Part shown: positions 19,462 through 36,702 of the stretch, one piece after another
Numbering within the stretch: the first letter of the stretch is position 1
Layout: each line of letters starts with the position of its first letter
Source: the human T2T-CHM13v2.0 reference genome, Homo sapiens
DNA: 64,000 bases
Strand: one strand, 5' to 3'
NCBI RefSeq assembly: GCF_009914755.1
Contig: NC_060928.1
Translations under genes and position numbers: made by a program
The notes under the pieces: model-generated
Databases searched by the model: none
What the model saw: only the letters and a program-made list of their open reading frames with translations
Told to the model about the DNA's origin: nothing

Positions 19462-20783
19462 TAAATGAATGAAGTTAAATTATGCAATCTCCATACAACA
19501 GAATACTAACACAACCATTAAAAATTATGTTGAAGAGTTCAAGATTTATTGTGAAGGGGGAAAACAAAACAGGTTACACAATAGTTACATATAATATAAC
19601 TATTTTTAAAAATATGTGTCTCCCTTTGCAGGGGAAATCATCTAGTAGGGTTTGCATAAATGTTAATAATTATATCACTATACTTATAGATTTAGGTTTC
19701 TTTAAAAACTTTTTCTTTTTGCTTATCTGTATTTTTGAGTTTTTTCAAAAATGGGTGTGTTTTCTGTCTGTGATTGATTCTCATTATTGTTTTTATTTTA
19801 CAACTCTGGTTCCCTGAAGGAATTTGGATCTGATCAAATGGAGGCACCACGTCTGAATAGATCCCGTCATTGTGGTCAGGGGCTGGGAGTGACTAAGTAA
19901 GATATTAGCTTGGGAGGGAGTGGGTAAAGACTACTTGTCAGCGCTGGCCAGTTTCCTAGTGCACTTAAAACACTTGAAATGAGATGCTAGACCTTTTGAG
20001 TTCAAGGCCAGAACCTTGAATGAGGCCTCCCCACTCCCCGATAAGATGACCGTAGTTCCTGGTGAAATTTGATATATTACTTTAAGAGCAATGGGAGGTC
20101 TAAGAAGAATTTGGTTCACTTAGTCTATCAACAAATACTTGATGGGTGCCCACCACTTGCCAGGCACTGTTCTAGGCACTGGGGATATAGGAGAGGACAG
20201 AAATAGACAGAAATCCCTACCCTTAGGCAATAAACCAATAAAGGAAAAAAGGCAGATGGAGCTGAGATAGCCTCAGAGTGGGGCAGGGCAGCCGCATTAG
20301 TCTGAAGAGACATCTGAGCCAAGTTGGCTGAGTCTGGATCAGGCAGAGGAAACCAAGAGGACAAAGGCCCGCAGTGGCACAAGCTTGGCACAGGAGAAGA
20401 TCTGAGAGAAGGGTGGTGTGGCAGAGGAAATGAGACTGAGAGGCGGACAGGAGCTACCTCAAGTGACCACAATAAAAAAATTTATTATAAGGTGAATACA
20501 TTTTCTTCTAAGTGAAATTGGAATTGAAATTTCATCCCAAGGGAAGCCAGTGGTAGGTTTTAAACAGACGAATGACATGTTCTGGTTTATATTTAAAAGA
20601 TAATTCTTGCCTTTGTGTGAGTGGGCAAGAGTGGGCCACAAGGCCAGTGCGGGCGTCATAGCAGGGGTTGGTGGCCAGAGGTGAAGGTGGCTCCGACTAT
20701 GGTGGAGGTGGAAATGGAGAATGGAGGTGGACTTACTCATTTTGTTTATGAGGTAAAGTCACCAGGACTTGCCTCAGAACTAG

Positions 20784-21111
<328 letters not shown>

Positions 21112-21149
21112 AGAACTAGATTTTAACAGGAGACAGATCTGATTCAAGT

Positions 21150-21570
21150 TTTGTTTGTTTTCATTTTAGCAGCTTTATTGAGATATAATTCTCATACCAG
21201 GAGATCCACCCAAAAAGTGTACAATTCAATGGCTTTCAGTATCTTCAGAGTTGCGGAACCATCACCACAACCAACTTTAGAACATTCTCATTACTCCATA
21301 AAGAAACCTTGCATCTGTGAGTCACACTCCTCTTTGTCTAAGGAATGAAAGGTTTCTTTTTGTGCTTATCTGTTCCTCCGTTGATGGACATTTAGTTGGT
21401 TTCCACTTTTTGGCTATTGTGAATAATGTTTCTATGAACATTCTTGCGTCATTTCTCTTGGGTATATACCTGGGAGTGGAAAGATAAGCGTGTCCAAGCA
21501 TTTGAGGAACTGACAGACCATTTTCCACAGCAGCTGCATCATTTTATATTCCCACTGGCAGTGTATGGGA
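21150..21570 (-). mobile_element. L1M (L1MB-like) 3' fragments
   Basis: CAGCTTTATTGAGATATAATT and GGTTTCCACTTTTTGGCTATTGTGAATAATG motifs. Confidence 0.65.
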
Positions 21571-23854
21571 ATGCTGATTCAGTTTTAAGATCACTCTGGC
21601 TGCTGTGTGGAGAAAGGATAGGAGGAAGGCTGGGGCGAGGCAGGGGAGTTTTGGGGGCACTGTGGAAAGTGGAGAGACCAGAATGGTTATGCAGAAGTTC
21701 AGGGATCTGAGCAAGGTTCAAGGACATTCAACTTAAGGTGCACTCCCTACCGTTTACAGTATGGTGCAAAGATTCGTGAGCTCCTTACACAATGAATCAC
21801 ATCGCTAAATTAAAAGATTCCAACAGAGAGGGCTTGTTAAAACAGATCTGCCGTTTTCAAGTCTAGAGTCCTAAAGCAAACTGGCATGGAACTGCTTAAA
21901 CATCTGTCCCCAAACAAGCTCCTGCAAGCAAGAGGATATTTTCAGAAAAGCGAGAGGAGCCAGTGGGTGCCATAAGATTTCCACACCTTTAAGCCATGAA
22001 AACACAGGGCTCAAGTGACAGCCTGTTGCTGAGGACTCTCATGGCAACAGGCATCACTCCTCCTGCCCTACAGCACTGCCCTGGCCTCTCAGCCCAGGGA
22101 AGAGCTGGCTTGTTTCCAAGTTCGACAACTGGGCAGCAGTCCTTGACTCTCTGAAGTTCCTCCAGTTCAGAAAGGGATGGGAAATGAACATCTGTCAGGC
22201 TTCAGATATGCCCCGTGTTGGGTTATAAGTGACTTTTCACATACATCCCTTATATTGGTAAAGCCTCACAACATATCACCAAGGTGGAAAATTTTCCCCC
22301 AACTAAAGATGAGGACCGTTGGCCCCTTTGCATGGGGAGGTCAGAAAAGGCCACTTTGAAGAGGTGGTGATTTAGCTGATACCAGCTACACAGGGATCCA
22401 GAGCAAGAACATTCCAAGTTTAACCCCAAAATTATTCATTTGCTCTCTAGATGTCTTCATTTTTATTCTTATTTAATTCTAATTTATATTCATTAGTATA
22501 AAGAAGGGTGAAAAGTTGCCCTCTAGAAACAAATCAAATTTAAATTCATTTCACGTATAACTTTGAATAGAAATGATAATTATTTTTCCTTATTATTTCT
22601 GATTTTAAACTCAGAGACTATTCTCCACTACATCTCCCAATCCTATACCCATCACCTCCCATCCCCCACCCCCAAAACAGAGACAATACTATTGTCTCTA
22701 TTAATGTGTCTTAATAGATGGGTAAGGTTCTGGGACATGTGGAGACACAGTCCTCATGGTCTGGCTGTGCCACTGTGCAGGAAGCGGTGACTTTTGACCT
22801 CTTGAACTTCCCATGGAAGATGTATCTACAGATAAATACCACACTGCCACTCAAAAGTTTCCCACTCTCAGGTTAATATGCTTTCCCAAATAAAGGAATT
22901 AGTTTTCACTGTAACTCTGTACCAAATTCCTCAAAGCTAGACTCATCCTAAGATCTGTCTGTTGGATCTTTAGGATGGCCCAATAAATAACATTCCTCTT
23001 CCCCACTGATCTAACTGAAATGCAAGACCAAGGTGTGAGTCTGTTTTGAGACCAAACTATCACCGTTTTATCAACTAAAGTTAATACTGGAGACTGTGGC
23101 ATATATCCACTGGCAAGCTGAATTCCTGATGCTTATCCATCCGGTCACAATGCTAGGCCAGGGCAGTTCTGCCTGCCAGGTGCACCTACCCCTGTAAAAT
23201 TGATGTGTAGAAGACAATGTGTGCTTCTATAGGCAGATCACTCCAGGAGCAAGAAGGGAGGAAGAGGCAAGAGCTCTATAGGCCCAGTCCCTGCTCCAAA
23301 CCTCACTAATTAACTATATATTCCCCTTTGCAGTGGAAAAAATAGTAAAAGTAATTGAGAGAGGCTATGGAAACATCAGGATGAACAGGGAAGAGACTTC
23401 CCCACCTCCCTCTCTTCAACACACACACATCCAGTGCTGGATTCTGCATGTCCTAGCTCTGTCAATATATATTAATACGATGTTGGACAAGAATACTGAC
23501 ACCCTCCCGGGTCTCAGATTCCCCCCTTCTCAATTAGAGATGGTTCTTCCCTCCCAGCCATGCAGAATTGCTGTGCACACAAAGGATGAGTAAGTATGTC
23601 AAAGGCTTTGCAAAGTATGCAAAACTAAAGAATCGTAAGGTGTTCCTAACATGGAGAAACTGCAACCACTTGACTCAGCATTTGCTCTTGCAGGGTCTCC
23701 TGACAAACTGGCAGAGATCCAAAACAAGAATGAGTGAGAAGGCCCCATGAGGTTATTCGACTCCTTATACTTGAGCTTGGCAGCTTCTGGCACTAAGACG
23801 CCTGCGCATTTCTTCCTGGGTACATTTCCTCTAGTTGGTCCAGATGAGAGGTAG

Positions 23855-24307
<453 letters not shown>

Positions 24308-24440
24308 TAACACTTGTGTTTGGGGTAAGACATTCTATTATTCTTTGAAAATGGGAATTGGAGAATCCCTGGGTAGGAGGGATTCCAACCCTGCTGGGGA
24401 TGAGGTTGTGGAGAGAGCTGCAAGATGAAAAACCAGGTAA

Positions 24441-24866
<426 letters not shown>

Positions 24867-25091
24867 TTATTTACTGGGGAATGGATCTAGAACCTCTTCT
24901 TCCAAATACCTCCTCTGGGTGCATTTTACTGTTCCATCCTTCAATTGCTGCAAGCCAGTGGTTCTCAACCCTGTCAGCACATTGGATGCTCTTGAAGGGA
25001 TTTGAAAAAAATACTAATACCTGTCACCATTCTCTCTTCTCCTTATAAGATGGGCCTGGGCCCTGTATGCTGTTTGGTTTGCTTGTTTTAA

Positions 25092-25829
<738 letters not shown>

Positions 25830-26054
25830 TAGAATAGGATATTTTCTTGCATAGCCATAGTACAGTCAACTCCAGTAAACTTAACATCAATAGAAACACT
25901 TTTATCTTCTTTACCCAACATTTGTATTCCAGTTTTGTCAACTGACCCAATCATCTCTTGTAGCAATTTTTCTGGTCGGTATAGAATCCAATCTAGGACA
26001 GGCACTGCATTTAGTTGTCAAGTCTTCAACTGGTGTGTTTTTAAAAGCTCTCTG

Positions 26055-26356
26055 AGTGGAGGCTATTATCTTAAGTTAAATAACTCAGGAAGAGAAAGTC
26101 AAATATCACATGTTCTCACTTGCAAGTGGGAACTAAATAATGTGTACACAGGAACACAGAATGTGGAATAATAGACACTGGAGACTCCAAGGGTGGGAGG
26201 CTGCAGGGCGGATGAGGGATCATAAATAGCTCCTGGGTACAATGTATCCTATTCGTGTGATGGTTGCACTAAAAGTCCAGACTTCACTACCACGTATTGT
26301 ATCCATGTAAAAAGCACATTTGTACCCCCTAAATCTATATAAATTAAAAATAAATA
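26055..26356 (+). mobile_element. L1MA-type 3' end
   Basis: ATGTTCTCACTTGCAAGTGGG...CACTAAAAGTCCAGACTTCACTAC...A-rich tail. Confidence 0.75.
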
Positions 26357-26728
26357 CGTATTTTAGAATCTTTTGGATACATTGATATAGTAAACAAATA
26401 AATAAGGGCTCTGTAGGTGATTTTAATGGGCACCTTGGGCCTTGGGTCATTGTGTAAATAAATATTTACTACACTACCACATAGTGAGTGCCTACCAGGT
26501 GTAAAGTATTATGAATAAAATTAAGGAGCTTATTACTTTAAGGACATACTATCCACAAGTCAACTATAATATCATAGGGATAAGTATCATGAAAGAAATA
26601 TTAACAAACCTATAGGAGGAAACTATAATTAAATTGAACAAGTTTACTGAGGATCTACTATGTGTCAGACTTTGTACAAACTGCTGGAGAAATGGATGGA
26701 TAAGTAAATGTAATTAATACACAGTTAA

Positions 26729-27128
<400 letters not shown>

Positions 27129-28175
27129 TAGAGAGGAAGACATTTCAGGTGAGGAAACTTCAAGAGGAAAGCTAGGTGAGTGCACAGTGGAGTAAGGAAA
27201 GAATCGTACTTCCCTGTGACCTGAGAATTGGGTGCGTAGGGATGTACTAGGAGATTGTGCTGAAGTAGGCTGGATAATGTATGGTGGTACAGTCACTTCG
27301 CAAAACAATTTGGCAATTTCTTAAAGAAGTAAAAGTTATCATACAACTTAAGAATTCTGCTCCTAGGTATCTACCCAAGAACACATAAAGACTTGCACGT
27401 GAATGTAATCTTCATAGCAGCATTATTCATAAAAGCCAAAAAGTAGAAACTCAAATGTCCATCAGCTGGTGAATGGATAAATAAAACACAGCATACCCAT
27501 AGAACAGGATAAATAAGTAATAAAAAGGAACGAATTAATGATATGTGTTACAATGTGGATGAATCTTAAAGAATTAGATGGAAAGAATAATTTATTATAT
27601 GGTTTCATTTAGAGATAATTTAAAGAGATAGGAAGTAGATGAATGGTTGCCTGGGGCTGTTGGTGGGAACAGAAACTGACTACAAATGGCCACAAGGGAA
27701 GATTTCTTTGGGGTGATGAAAATGTCCCTAAAACTGGATTATGGTTATGGCTTAATGACTAAAACAATGTTGAACTGAACAATTAAAACAGGTGAATTTT
27801 ATGGTATGTAAATTATACCTCAATAAAGCTGTAAATATTAAAAAAACTGTTAATCAAAATTAGGCAGAAAGAAAATAGGAAGCACAATCTTAGAAATAAA
27901 AAATATAATTATTGAAATTCAAAAAACTTAATAGATGGGAAAAACTCTGGATTGGACAAATTATTTAGAAGACTGGCAAATTGGAAGGCAAGGAATTCAC
28001 CAGGATGCAACACAAAGACAAAATCTTTTTTTAAAAAAATAACATCTCAGGATATAGATAGTGAGGCTTCCTCACTTACCTAATGGTAGTGCCAGAAAAG
28101 ATAATGGAGGTAATGGCTAGGAAGCAATATTGCAAGAGAAAATCAGTAATAATTTTCCAGAATTAAAGAAAGCAT

Positions 28176-28433
28176 ATGCACCCCTGTAATCCCAGCACTT
28201 TGGGAAGCCAAGGCGGGAGGATTGCTTGAGCTCAGGAGTCTGAGATCAGCCTGGGCAACATAGTGAGACCCTGTCTCTACAAAAAATTTTTTAAAAATTA
28301 GCTGGGCATGGTGGCTCATGCTTGTAGTCCAGCTTGAGTATGGGAGGTCAAGGTTGTAGTGAGCTTTGATCACACCACTGCACTCCAACCTGGGTGACGT
28401 AGTGAGACACTGTCTCAAAGAAAAAAAAAAAAA
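28176..28433 (+). mobile_element. AluJ, partial
   Basis: Diverged dimer with deletions. Confidence 0.85.
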
Positions 28434-28925
28434 GTACCTCCTCCTTTTGCAGAGGATAAAGATAAACTAACACCAAGACAGTTCTAGAAAACCTGCTGGA
28501 CAGTAAAAATAAACAAAACAAATCTGAAATGTTATCAAAGAGAAAAGGCAGCTTATTTATAAGGGAATGAAAATTAGATTGGCAGTAGAATTTTTAACCA
28601 GCAACACTTAGTACCAGAAGACAGTGGAGTACTATCATCAGTGTGGTGTGGGAAAATAACTGTTCACTAGAATTTTATATCCAAATAAATCATCATACAA
28701 CAGTGAGGGCAAAATTAAGACATTTCCAACAATGAATTCCCTCCCATACCAAGGCACCTACAGAAAGAACTATTAAAGGATGGACTTCAGCCAGAAGAAA
28801 AGTGAACCCAAAGGGAACACTGTAGATTCAAGAAAAAGAAATAGCAGAAAAATTGATAAAATGTCATAAATTTAATTAACTTTTAACTATAAAAACTATT
28901 TTTAAATTTAAGAAGTAAAAACAGA

Positions 28926-29225
28926 TTGAATGCGGTGGCACATGCCTGAGCTTTGGAAGGTTGAGGCGGGAGGATTGCTTGAAGCCAGGAGTTCGAGACC
29001 AGCTTGGGCAACATGGTGAGACTCTATTTCTACAAAAAATTTTTGAAAAAGAAAATATTAGCTGGGGGTGGTGGTGTGGACCTGTTCCTAGCTACTTGGG
29101 AGTCTGAGGTGGGAGGATTGCTTGAGGCCAGGAGCTTGAGGCTCCAGTCAGCCATGACTGTGCCACTACACTCCAGCCTGGGTAACAGAGCAAGACCCTG
29201 TCTCTTAAACAAACGAACAAAAAAG
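28926..29225 (+). mobile_element. AluJ
   Basis: Diverged dimer. Confidence 0.85.
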
Positions 29226-31351
29226 TAAAAATAAAACTCTAGGCAGCAATAAAAAGATGGGAAGGAAGGGGCTGTTAAATGAGTAAAATATACAAAGTTC
29301 TTTCATGGGAAGAAACAATTACATACTAACTTTGTTAGCAAAAAAATCAGAGTTAAGTATGTATGTTGAAAAAATAAAAGACGATTCTGAGAAGAATAGA
29401 AATAAAACCTAAAGCTCTCAAACCAGCAGTGGAATATGTATCACTTTACTAATCTGATAGAAGGCAAGAATGGAAGAAAAAGAAGCAAGGAGAAAGAATG
29501 GTAAATGAAAAACACAAGATCTGATGGAAGAAGAGCCCAAATATATTAGTAATCGCAATAAATCCCTGTGGATTAAATTCATCTGTCAGAGACACAACCA
29601 AAATAAAACTCATAGAAAGATTAAATATGAAGGACAATATTTCACATACAAATAGTAGCCAAAAGAATGGTGGCCTATTAATAACAAAAACTTCTAATTT
29701 AAGCAATTAGCATAAAAATGGTAAACAGACGCACTACATAAGGATCAATTGCGATTTCTAATGCAGAATATACTTTAAGAAACACTGCCTACTGTGTGCC
29801 AAGAATCATGTATGCCTTCTATACTGCTGTGTTTTCAGTGCTTGGCACATAATAGGTGTGCCATAAATATTAATGAGTGGAATGATTGCTATTTTATATT
29901 GAAATGATCTGTTTATGTGTTTGTCATACCACAAGGGCAAGACCATATCTTACTAATTGTTATGCCATCAACATTCAGCATAGCAGCTGGCACATAGTAG
30001 GAATTCCATAAGTCCACACTGAATTCAAGGATCATCTCTTCCATAAAATCTCCCCTCACTGTTCCTCCCATACTGATTTGTCCTTTGTTTCTACTTCTAT
30101 AGCACTCGTAATTGGAAACACCCAATTTAGCACCCAAGACATAGTATAGTCTTCTAGCTTTCACTCAATATTTCAAATCTTGTTTCTTTAAAACTATTTT
30201 AGATTCTTTGAAGATAGAGAAGATGCCTTGCACTGTGCCAAGTGCCTTTTCAGGTACTTGAATAAATACATGTTTTGGTTGATGTCACTATTTACATGAA
30301 TGTAGGTTAGATCAATAGTACCAGCTATACATGTCAAGAACGCTAAGGGCTATCTCCAGTCTCTTTTTTCATTCCTTGACCAAAGAGAGCCCTGTTTGGA
30401 GACAGGCTCACGTGCAAAGAATGTGAAGTTAATGAGACAGGTGGGAGAAGGCGGCTAGTGTTCAATTCCAAGCCCCTGTGCTCTATTCCTCCTGGCAAAA
30501 TAGTGAGGTTGGCGGGACAGGGGGAGGGGAATGTCTGTGATCCCACAAAAAAATGTGTGGGAAGTGAGAGGGAGATGGTGAGGAAAGAGAGCATGTTCCA
30601 GACGCTACAGGACAGACCTGGACCTGACCTCTCCCTGGCGGGCATGGCACCAGGAGTTTATTATGAGACCGAAAGGAAACCCCAAGGCAAACAGCTAAAT
30701 TCATCCACTTGAAACCTTGTATAGGAGACAGTGAGGGATGTTGTTTTCCATCTAGACAAGGCACAGAGGGGAGTCTGTGACAAGGAGCTTCTAATTGGGG
30801 AGCTGCAGAGGGTTAACAAAGAGCACTGGTGGCATCTTTTTGCTGGTCTTCTTGAAAAAGACATAGTCTGGGAAGGTTCAATCAGAGCCCCCTGCACGAG
30901 GTAAGGAGGTGGGCTGGCTGACTTCCCTAGGTCCTTCCTAATCCCATAGTTATTTGGTGAATCGTGCTCTTCCCCATTTATGCTCCTACACACGTCTGCA
31001 CCCAGTTTGATAGTAAGTCCCCTAGGCTGCATTCCAGGTTTAGTACGGTGCCACGCAAGCTGCTGGCACTCAACAAATGACGCAAATATTTGTTGAATGA
31101 AGGAATAAATGGATCAAGTGTTTAAATAGAGCCCACATGACCTCCCCAGCTGTAAAGTATGGCAGTTGAATGAAATCACAACATTCTAGGCACTTGAGCA
31201 AAGCTGGCGGGGACACACACACACACACGATTCACATTCCCACCTTGGAAAAGCACAGACCACCTGCCCAGCCAGCAGGCTGTGGGAGTTTCCTTGGCAA
31301 GGATCCTCTTTCTCTGCTGCTTTAGGATGGTGCCTCTAGAAGGTCAAGTCA

Positions 31352-31930
<579 letters not shown>

Positions 31931-32123
31931 TCAGTCTGCAGTTCCCCAGCCAGTGCAGGTTTCGTGTGCAAGGGGAGAGCTTCCGCGGCTAGGAGCTGCC
32001 GGCCTTGGGGGGTTTGCGGTGGGCGGGCACTGCGCTCTTGGACACGTGGGTGGCGCGCGGCCCTGGACTTGGTGGCGACGGACCCTGCCCGAGGTGGGGA
32101 TCCCAGGCTAAAGAGGAAGAAGA

Positions 32124-32191
32124 GCCTCCGGAGAGGGACAGGGCACAGTGACTGGCGGCCTCCGGAGAGGGACAGGGCACAGTGACTGGCG
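32124..32191. repeat. Perfect 34-bp tandem duplication in the FAM184B promoter
   Basis: GCCTCCGGAGAGGGACAGGGCACAGTGACTGGCG x2. Confidence 0.95.
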
Positions 32192-33441
32192 GCTCCCGAG
32201 TCTCCGAGCTGATAGCGGAGATGGCGGTGGGGGACGAGATGCTAAGAGAGGGGCGGGTAGGTGAGGGCGAGCCATCGGGACTCAAGGAGGTGTGGGATCC
32301 GGGGCGCACGGTGTGGGCCAGCGCCTGAGTTGCGCGAGTGCACAGCGGGGCTGGGGATGGTAGCCTTCCTTTTTGGATCTTGGAGAGGAGCCAGGACATT
32401 GCGGGAGGAATACCGGAGATGCCCAAAGAGGAGAAGCCAAGGGGATGGCAGGGTGCGGGTGACCGAAATCTGAGATGAGAAAGTGCGAAACGGGTAATGC
32501 GGGAAGCGGTAGGAACGCAAAGACAAAGTCGTTAGGGAGGTAGAAAGGATGGTGGCAGGTGCGGGAAAGGAAGAAGCAAAGAGGAATGGAGCAGTTAGAT
32601 GAGTAAAAGATGGAACTGAAAATCTTAGCAAACCGAGCCCATTGAAAGTAAAGTGAGTCGTCCAAATCCACACTACTGGCCTTGGGCAGACTGGAGCCAG
32701 ACTGTCAAGTTTTCGGATTCTGAGCTGGTGTCTGTTTAGTGTTTGGTGAGGGGAGAGGTTAGCGGGCCAAATTTCTTTCTGGCGTGTTCTCTGGTTTCAG
32801 ACAGTGGACTTTAAGGGAAAGTGACAGCACCGTGATCAGCTTTTCCTAAAGCTCGAATAATAGGTCTTCATGATAGTTTGCATAGTGAATGTATATCATT
32901 TATACATTGCCTTTTATCAGAAATTTTAATAATCTTCATAAACCAAGCAAGCTTCAAAGGGTCTCAGAAACCACAGTTCCACCCATCCATACTGAAGGTA
33001 ACAAAACCCATTTTTGTCGATGAGGAAAATTGACCCAGAAAATTTGTACCAAGTCAGGCAATTACAAGTAGAACTGTTTCTGAAATAGACATTCCTATTC
33101 TAGATTCTGTATCAAATGACCGGCCTCGGTTTTTGATTTCTAATTTACCATCTTAAGTTCTCTTTTTAGCACAACCCCTCCCTCCCCCAGTTCCTTTAGA
33201 AAACAGAGACAAAGCCTCTGAGGATGGGGGTCAGGGGGTCAGGAATCCACATTAAACAGCTCTCTGCTTAATTCCAAATTGTGTATTTAGAATATTTTCT
33301 GCAGGATCTTAATATATACTAAATTTTACAGGAATTCAACCACTGTGTAAACTAGAGGAAAATTAGCCTTTTTGGTCAAGAACTTTACTAAAAGTTGTTG
33401 ACCATTTTGGAAAATCACATCAAGGGCCAGGTGGCTCATGA

Positions 33442-33774
<333 letters not shown>

Positions 33775-33834
33775 ACAACACACTTCTAACTGCCATATTG
33801 ATGGTGAGTCTACCTATGCAAGCATCTGATTACT

Positions 33835-34178
33835 ACACTGTGTCCCTCAGTATCAACAGGGGATTGGTTCCAGTACCCCTTCAGATACCAAAATCCATGG
33901 ATGTTCAAGTCACTTACATAAAATGGTGTAACGTTTGCATATAACCTACTCACATCCTCTCGTATGCATTAAATCATCTCTATATTACTTGTAATACCTA
34001 ATACAACGTAAATGTTATGTAATTAGTTGTTACACTGTATTGTTTAGGGAATAAAAAAATAGGCTGTATATGTATACAGTACAGATGCAACCATCAATTT
34101 TTTTTCCTCAAATGTTTTTGACTTGTGGTTAGTTGACTTTGAGGATGTGGAACACATTGATATGGAGGGCCAACTGTA
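33835..34178 (+). mobile_element. MER2 (TcMar-Tigger)
   Basis: CCCTCAGTATC...GGGGATTGGTTCCAG...GATACCAAAATCCATGGATG...GATATGGAGGGCCAACTG-TA. Confidence 0.8.
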
Positions 34179-34951
34179 CATATTATTTAATTATAATGAA
34201 ATATCAAGAATCAAATGTCAAAAAAATCAAAGTCAAGAAATTATGCAGATTTAAAAAGGTGTGTATTATCTATGAATTTCAAGATAGTAACGTGGATGTT
34301 ATAAAAAGGGTGATGTTGGATCTGAAAAGAATTGAAAGCCATTGCTCTAGATGATCTTATACACACTAAAGTTTAGAAAAACTGCAAGTCTAACCCCAAG
34401 TTTTAGTTTTTTAATAATGATTTCATTAGGTCTTGGGGCTAAAAAATGTTCCAGTAGGAAATATTATACTTTCAACTTTACAATGGAAGACAACGGGAAA
34501 ATCAGATTCCTTTATCAGCTTTGTTGGCCCACAGCTGCTGTAATCAAGGCACCATGAGCCGACCTGTTTTGGAGAGCCCTCTGCAGCTCCTAGGATTTTC
34601 CAGCACTGGGATTAGTAGGTCCCTTTACACCATCAGGAATGAAATTGAGGGCAGAAGAGAATTAAGTACTATATCAAATGTGGAGGTGGAAGTACATTTA
34701 TTAGGCCACTAATGTCATATTGGCACTGTGCTAAGCCCGTAGCACATGTTTTGACCTTCTCTGAGGTACTTATTGTCATTCTCATTCTACAGACTAGGAA
34801 AGTGAAGCTAAGGCAGGTTGAGTCCCCAACTGTATACAGCTAGTGAATGGATCTGGGTCTATCTGACCTCAAAGGTGATATTCTTTCCAATTGATTTGTC
34901 TTTAGATTACAAATATAAGCTTCCCAGAGCACAATGCTGGCAATATGATAT

Positions 34952-35100
34952 TTTTCTTTTAAAAATTCTTATTTTTTAAAATAGAAACAAGGTCTCACTA
35001 TGATGTCCAGGCTGGTGTTGAACTCCTAGCTTCAAGTGATCTTCCCACCTCGGCCTCCCAAAAGTGCTGGGATTACAGGTGTGAGCCACTGTGCTTGGTC
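34952..35100 (-). mobile_element. Alu left monomer / FLAM
   Basis: Single arm. Confidence 0.8.
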
Positions 35101-35389
35101 AGAAAAATTTAAAATCATAATTGATTTGCCTTTTCTTTAGATTATAAACTTCTCATAGTATCCCCCCCAAACATCCTCACCCATAATAATACAAACAACA
35201 ACAACAACAAAAGAGTAGAAGCAAGCAAAAATAACCCCACATTCCAAACTCAGAGAAAATTATTGTTAATATTTTGGAGAAGATACTTCTAGACATTTCT
35301 GTGTAAACATATAGAAAATGTAACAAACATATATGTATTTCAGGAATGTTTACACACTTCTGTGTAAACTATAAACAAATACTATAATA

Positions 35390-35968
35390 ATTTTTTTTTT
35401 GAGACGAAGTCTCGCTCCTGTTGCCCAGGATGGAGTGCAGTGGCGCAATCTTGGCTCACTGCAACTTCCACCTTCCGGGTTCAAGAGATTCTCTTGCTTC
35501 ATTCAGCCTCTTGAGTAGCTGGGATTTCAGGCATGCGCCACCATGCCTGGCTAATTTTTGTATTTTTAGTAGAGATGGGGTTTCGCCATGTTGGCCAGGC
35601 TGGTCTCGAACTCCTGACCTCAGCTTCAGCCTCCCAAAGTGTTGGGATTACAGGCATGAGCCACTGCACCCGACCAATAATTTTTTTTGTTTTGTTTTGT
35701 TTTTGATGAGTCTCACTCTATCGCCCAGGCTGGAGTGCAGTGGTGCGATCTTGGCTCACTACAACCTCTGCCTACTGGGTTCAAGGGATTCTCCTGCCTC
35801 AGCTGGGATTGCAGGTGCCTGCCACTATGCGTGGCTAATTTTTCTATTTTTAGTAGAGACAGGGTTTCACCATATTGGCCAGGCTGGTCTTGAACTCCTG
35901 ACAAGTGATCCGCCCACCTTGGCCTCCCAAAATGCTAGGATTACAGGGGTAAGCCACCATGTCCCGCC
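35390..35968 (-). mobile_element. Two tandem antisense AluS elements
   Basis: 35390-35674 and 35680-35968. Confidence 0.9.
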
Positions 35969-36478
35969 TATAATAATGCTTTTGAACCCTACTTACTCAG
36001 TAATATAAAGTGGATATCTTTTTGTCAATGAAGATCTAGCTTCCCATTCCTAACAACCAGTCTTCCATTACATACAATACCATTTACTCTATCTTCTACT
36101 GGACAATTTTTAAAATATTTCAAGCCAAAATCTTTAACGTATATTTGTAATGTATGCTTGCTGTATTATGAGGATATTAAATTCTGTCCTAAGGGATAGA
36201 GAAAAAAAAGAATATATGAAATTCATGTGTTAAGTATAATGGGCAAAGAAGTAGCCTGTGAAATAGGCAGTATTAAGATGTTAAGTATAGATAGTGTAGA
36301 GCAAGACATGACAGAGAATAAATGGAATATATGTAAAAAGGATGGAAGAAACAAGAGTGTTCCTAACGGACAGAATAAGGTGGGAAAGGCCAAGTTGCAA
36401 TGTACAGACGATGCCACCTTCAGGCTGATAGTTCATTCCTAAAATGGCCATTCATTAATGACACCAGTTCTGGCCCTA

Positions 36479-36702
<224 letters not shown>

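Larger units (their letters stand above)
27270..29720 (+). mobile_element. Old L1M 3' end followed by degenerate L1/HAL1 ORF1-region fragments, Alu-interrupted
   Basis: TGGTATGTAAATTATACCTCAATAAAG end motif; ORF1-like KGMKIRLAVEF...RRQW...RILYP at about 28560-28690. Confidence 0.6.
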
